A DNA stretch of 64,000 bases from Magallana gigas (Eukaryota), in NCBI RefSeq assembly GCF_963853765.1, contig NC_088862.1, positions 15,190,001-15,254,000 on the forward strand, read 5' to 3'. The notes under the pieces were generated by a model. That model saw only the letters and a list, made by a program, of their open reading frames with translations, was not told the DNA's origin and did no database searches. Within the stretch, counting starts at the first letter, position 1; every line of letters begins with the position of its first letter. This document shows, piece after piece, positions 61,822-64,000 of this stretch. The translations under genes and the position numbers were made by a program.

Positions 61822-62551
61822 GAGAGAGAGAGGGGGGGTATATTTAAGGCTTTATAACTTAATGACAAATCGACCAATTCTTTTATGATTTGGGTGATAA
61901 GTAAAGTTAACATTAGAAAGTGTTATTAGACATTTTGCAAGTACTTACGTCCCCTGTTTGACTCATTGATGACAACATGCTGTTCACACCCCGTTCAAAT
62001 CCATTTCACACAATTTTTACCGTTATTTTTTCATATTATCTGCCAAAATTGAAAAAGAACCCCACAAAATTTCATTATTCATCCTAATTGTTTGAAAAAT
62101 AACGAAAAATTAGACTTAAGTTGATAAATGTGGATTTTGACCTTTGACCTGATATTCTAAAAATGTAAGTATTATTTCAAAAATTCCTAGGGGTACTAAA
62201 TGGTCGAATTTGGTTCCTTTTATGGGATGAATGGAAAGAAGAAGGTTTGAAAAAAATACAGGCAGGAAAAAATTTAGAAAAATTATCTTTACAGGCGCAA
62301 TAGAAAGGGTGTAAAGAGGCCAATGTTTACACAAATTCCAAAGTGAAAGTGAATTCTTCATGGTAGGGGTTATTTTAGGGGCCATATCTCAGTCCCCTCT
62401 CGATTGATTTTCCTGTAGTTTGGATATGTTGTTGGACTAGTGTCATTCTATAGGTATGCTGTATTTGAACTCATTTGAGCCGGTGGAATTTTTTATATGA
62501 TTTATTTTTGTATAAAGGGATAAGAGGGAAAAATAATTGTGGTCTGTGTCC
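59674..62551. repeat. 398-bp inverted repeat pair (A at 59674-60071, A' at 62154-62551)
   Basis: Duplicated ORFs 59840+ and 62385-. Termini GGACACAGACC / GGTCTGTGTCC. Two substitutions noticed. Confidence 0.95.
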
Positions 62552-62865
62552 TATCAGGTCAAAGGTCAAAATCCACATTTATCAACTTAAGTCTAATTTT
62601 TCGTTATTTTTCAAACAATTAGGATGAATAATGACATTTTGTGGGGTTCTTTTTCAATTTTGGCAGATAATATGAAAAAATAACGGTAAAAATTGTGTGA
62701 AATGGATTTGAACGGGGTGTGAACAGCATGTTGTCATCAATGAGTCAAACAGGGGACGTAAGTACTTGCAAAATGTCTAATAACACTTTCTAATGTTAAC
62801 TTTACTTATCACCCAAATCATAAAAGAATTGGTCGATTTGTCATTAAGTTATAAAGCCTTTAATA

Positions 62866-62935
<70 letters not shown>

Positions 62936-64000
62936 TAATCATAGTACATGTAAAAGTATACATATATTTCCTTTAATATTTTTTGATTAAATTATAAGGA
63001 GGAAAGTAGGGTTTATGTTACTTTATGATTCCTATGAATGATGACATATTTCACTGCCTAGCAGATTGCATGACAGGATATACAAGCTGGTAAAGGGGCA
63101 CCTGCTGCCCCCCCCTCCCCCAGTTAACACCATTTTGACAGAGAAATAATGAAGAAAACAACAAATGGTAAGTTGACTTTATTCATTTATTCATATTTTT
63201 CTTACAATTTAACACTTGAAATTTGATGGTGAGTAGGCATTACAACTTTTTCCTCAGTACTTTAGAATATGTAAACCTTCATGTATAGATATTTATATGA
63301 GACATATACATTTTACTGGTTAGAAATAGTCATTTTAGCATTCTAAATTTTCAATGCCTTGCAAACTTTTATTTAGATTACTGCTTTAAAGTCTTATTAT
63401 GTCAGTTTTTCCCCTCTTTGTGTCCTAGAAATGTAACCACCAACAAATGTAGCATGTGTATGAGTTTGGTTGCTGGCATTGAACAGTGATTGCCCAAGAT
63501 ATATGATGTCTGCTAGAAGCTTTACTATTTGTAATACTGTAGTAATATCTTTTTGGCACTCTCATCATTAATTTGAGTCTTGGTCATCATTGTTCATGGT
63601 AACATACCAGACATTTTCACCTCTAAATGCACAATGTATGTAGAAACCCATGACTTTAAAAAATGGTGAATCCTCGCTACAAAAGGTATGATCTCCTCAA
63701 GATTAATCACACCAGATAATGCTGAAAGAAGGTGATGGACTTGTAATTTCTAAAATAGTTTCTCGTTAATGTTTGTAAAAAATCCCTACTTTGGATTTTA
63801 ATGTGTAGAGTTATCTCCCCTTGTTTTAAGAGTACAGTTTTCATGAACCAAGGCTCCTTATGAATTAGGGTACATTTAAGTAATTTATTCAGTGTATATG
63901 TAATGAATGGACAAATAGAATTCATTCTAAATTCTTCTAAATTGTTAGTTTTGTTTCAAAAGGCATTTTATGCCTATCCATATCAGCCCTGTCTACTCTG
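60687..64000. repeat. Giant palindrome: left arm to 62154, right arm 62552 to beyond the window end, spacer = A'
   Basis: Identical ORFs 60760..60978+ and 63707..63925-. (GA)n at ~61757-61832 mirrors (CT)n at ~62871-62931. Junctions ...GACCTGATA| and |TATCAGGTC... are mirror images. Confidence 0.95.

Noticed and set aside
59840-63925. Duplicated 72-89-aa ORFs as a gene pair
   Set aside because: They are identical only because of the inverted duplication and show no recognisable protein features.

Overview
AT-rich, intron-containing animal genomic DNA. It is most likely an oyster (Crassostrea/Magallana), inferred from a ~166-bp Cg170-like satellite carried inside a non-autonomous Helentron. 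All calls were made by eye from the sequence and ORF track; no searches or alignments were run. Two conserved genes sit head-to-head with 276 bp between start codons: CISD3 (minus, 3 exons, 149 aa) and SPAG6 (plus, 9 exons, 508 aa). There is also an orphan 73-aa secreted-peptide gene near 4 kb. From ~16 to ~57 kb lies an old, degenerating segmental duplication of a two-gene cassette: a PAN-like + C-type lectin gene (intact at 16.4-18.2 kb, pseudogene at 44-45 kb) and an unnamed secreted Cys-rich gene (29.1-34.0 kb and 54.0-56.6 kb). The paralogous copies give empty-site controls for several insertions. Mobile DNA includes a satellite-bearing Helentron, an Academ-type foldback built from two right ends with a triplicated left junction, Penelope and IS3-like transposase remnants, Kolobok-, Chapaev- and MULE-like MITEs, and several hairpins. 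The window ends in a young palindrome with arms of at least 1.45 kb whose spacer is an inverted copy of upstream DNA. No prokaryotic systems, CRISPR arrays, rRNA or intact tRNA were found. The best leads are the CISD3-SPAG6 linkage (possibly ancient and masked in vertebrates by reciprocal ohnolog loss), the two orphan secreted-protein families and the two large foldback structures.
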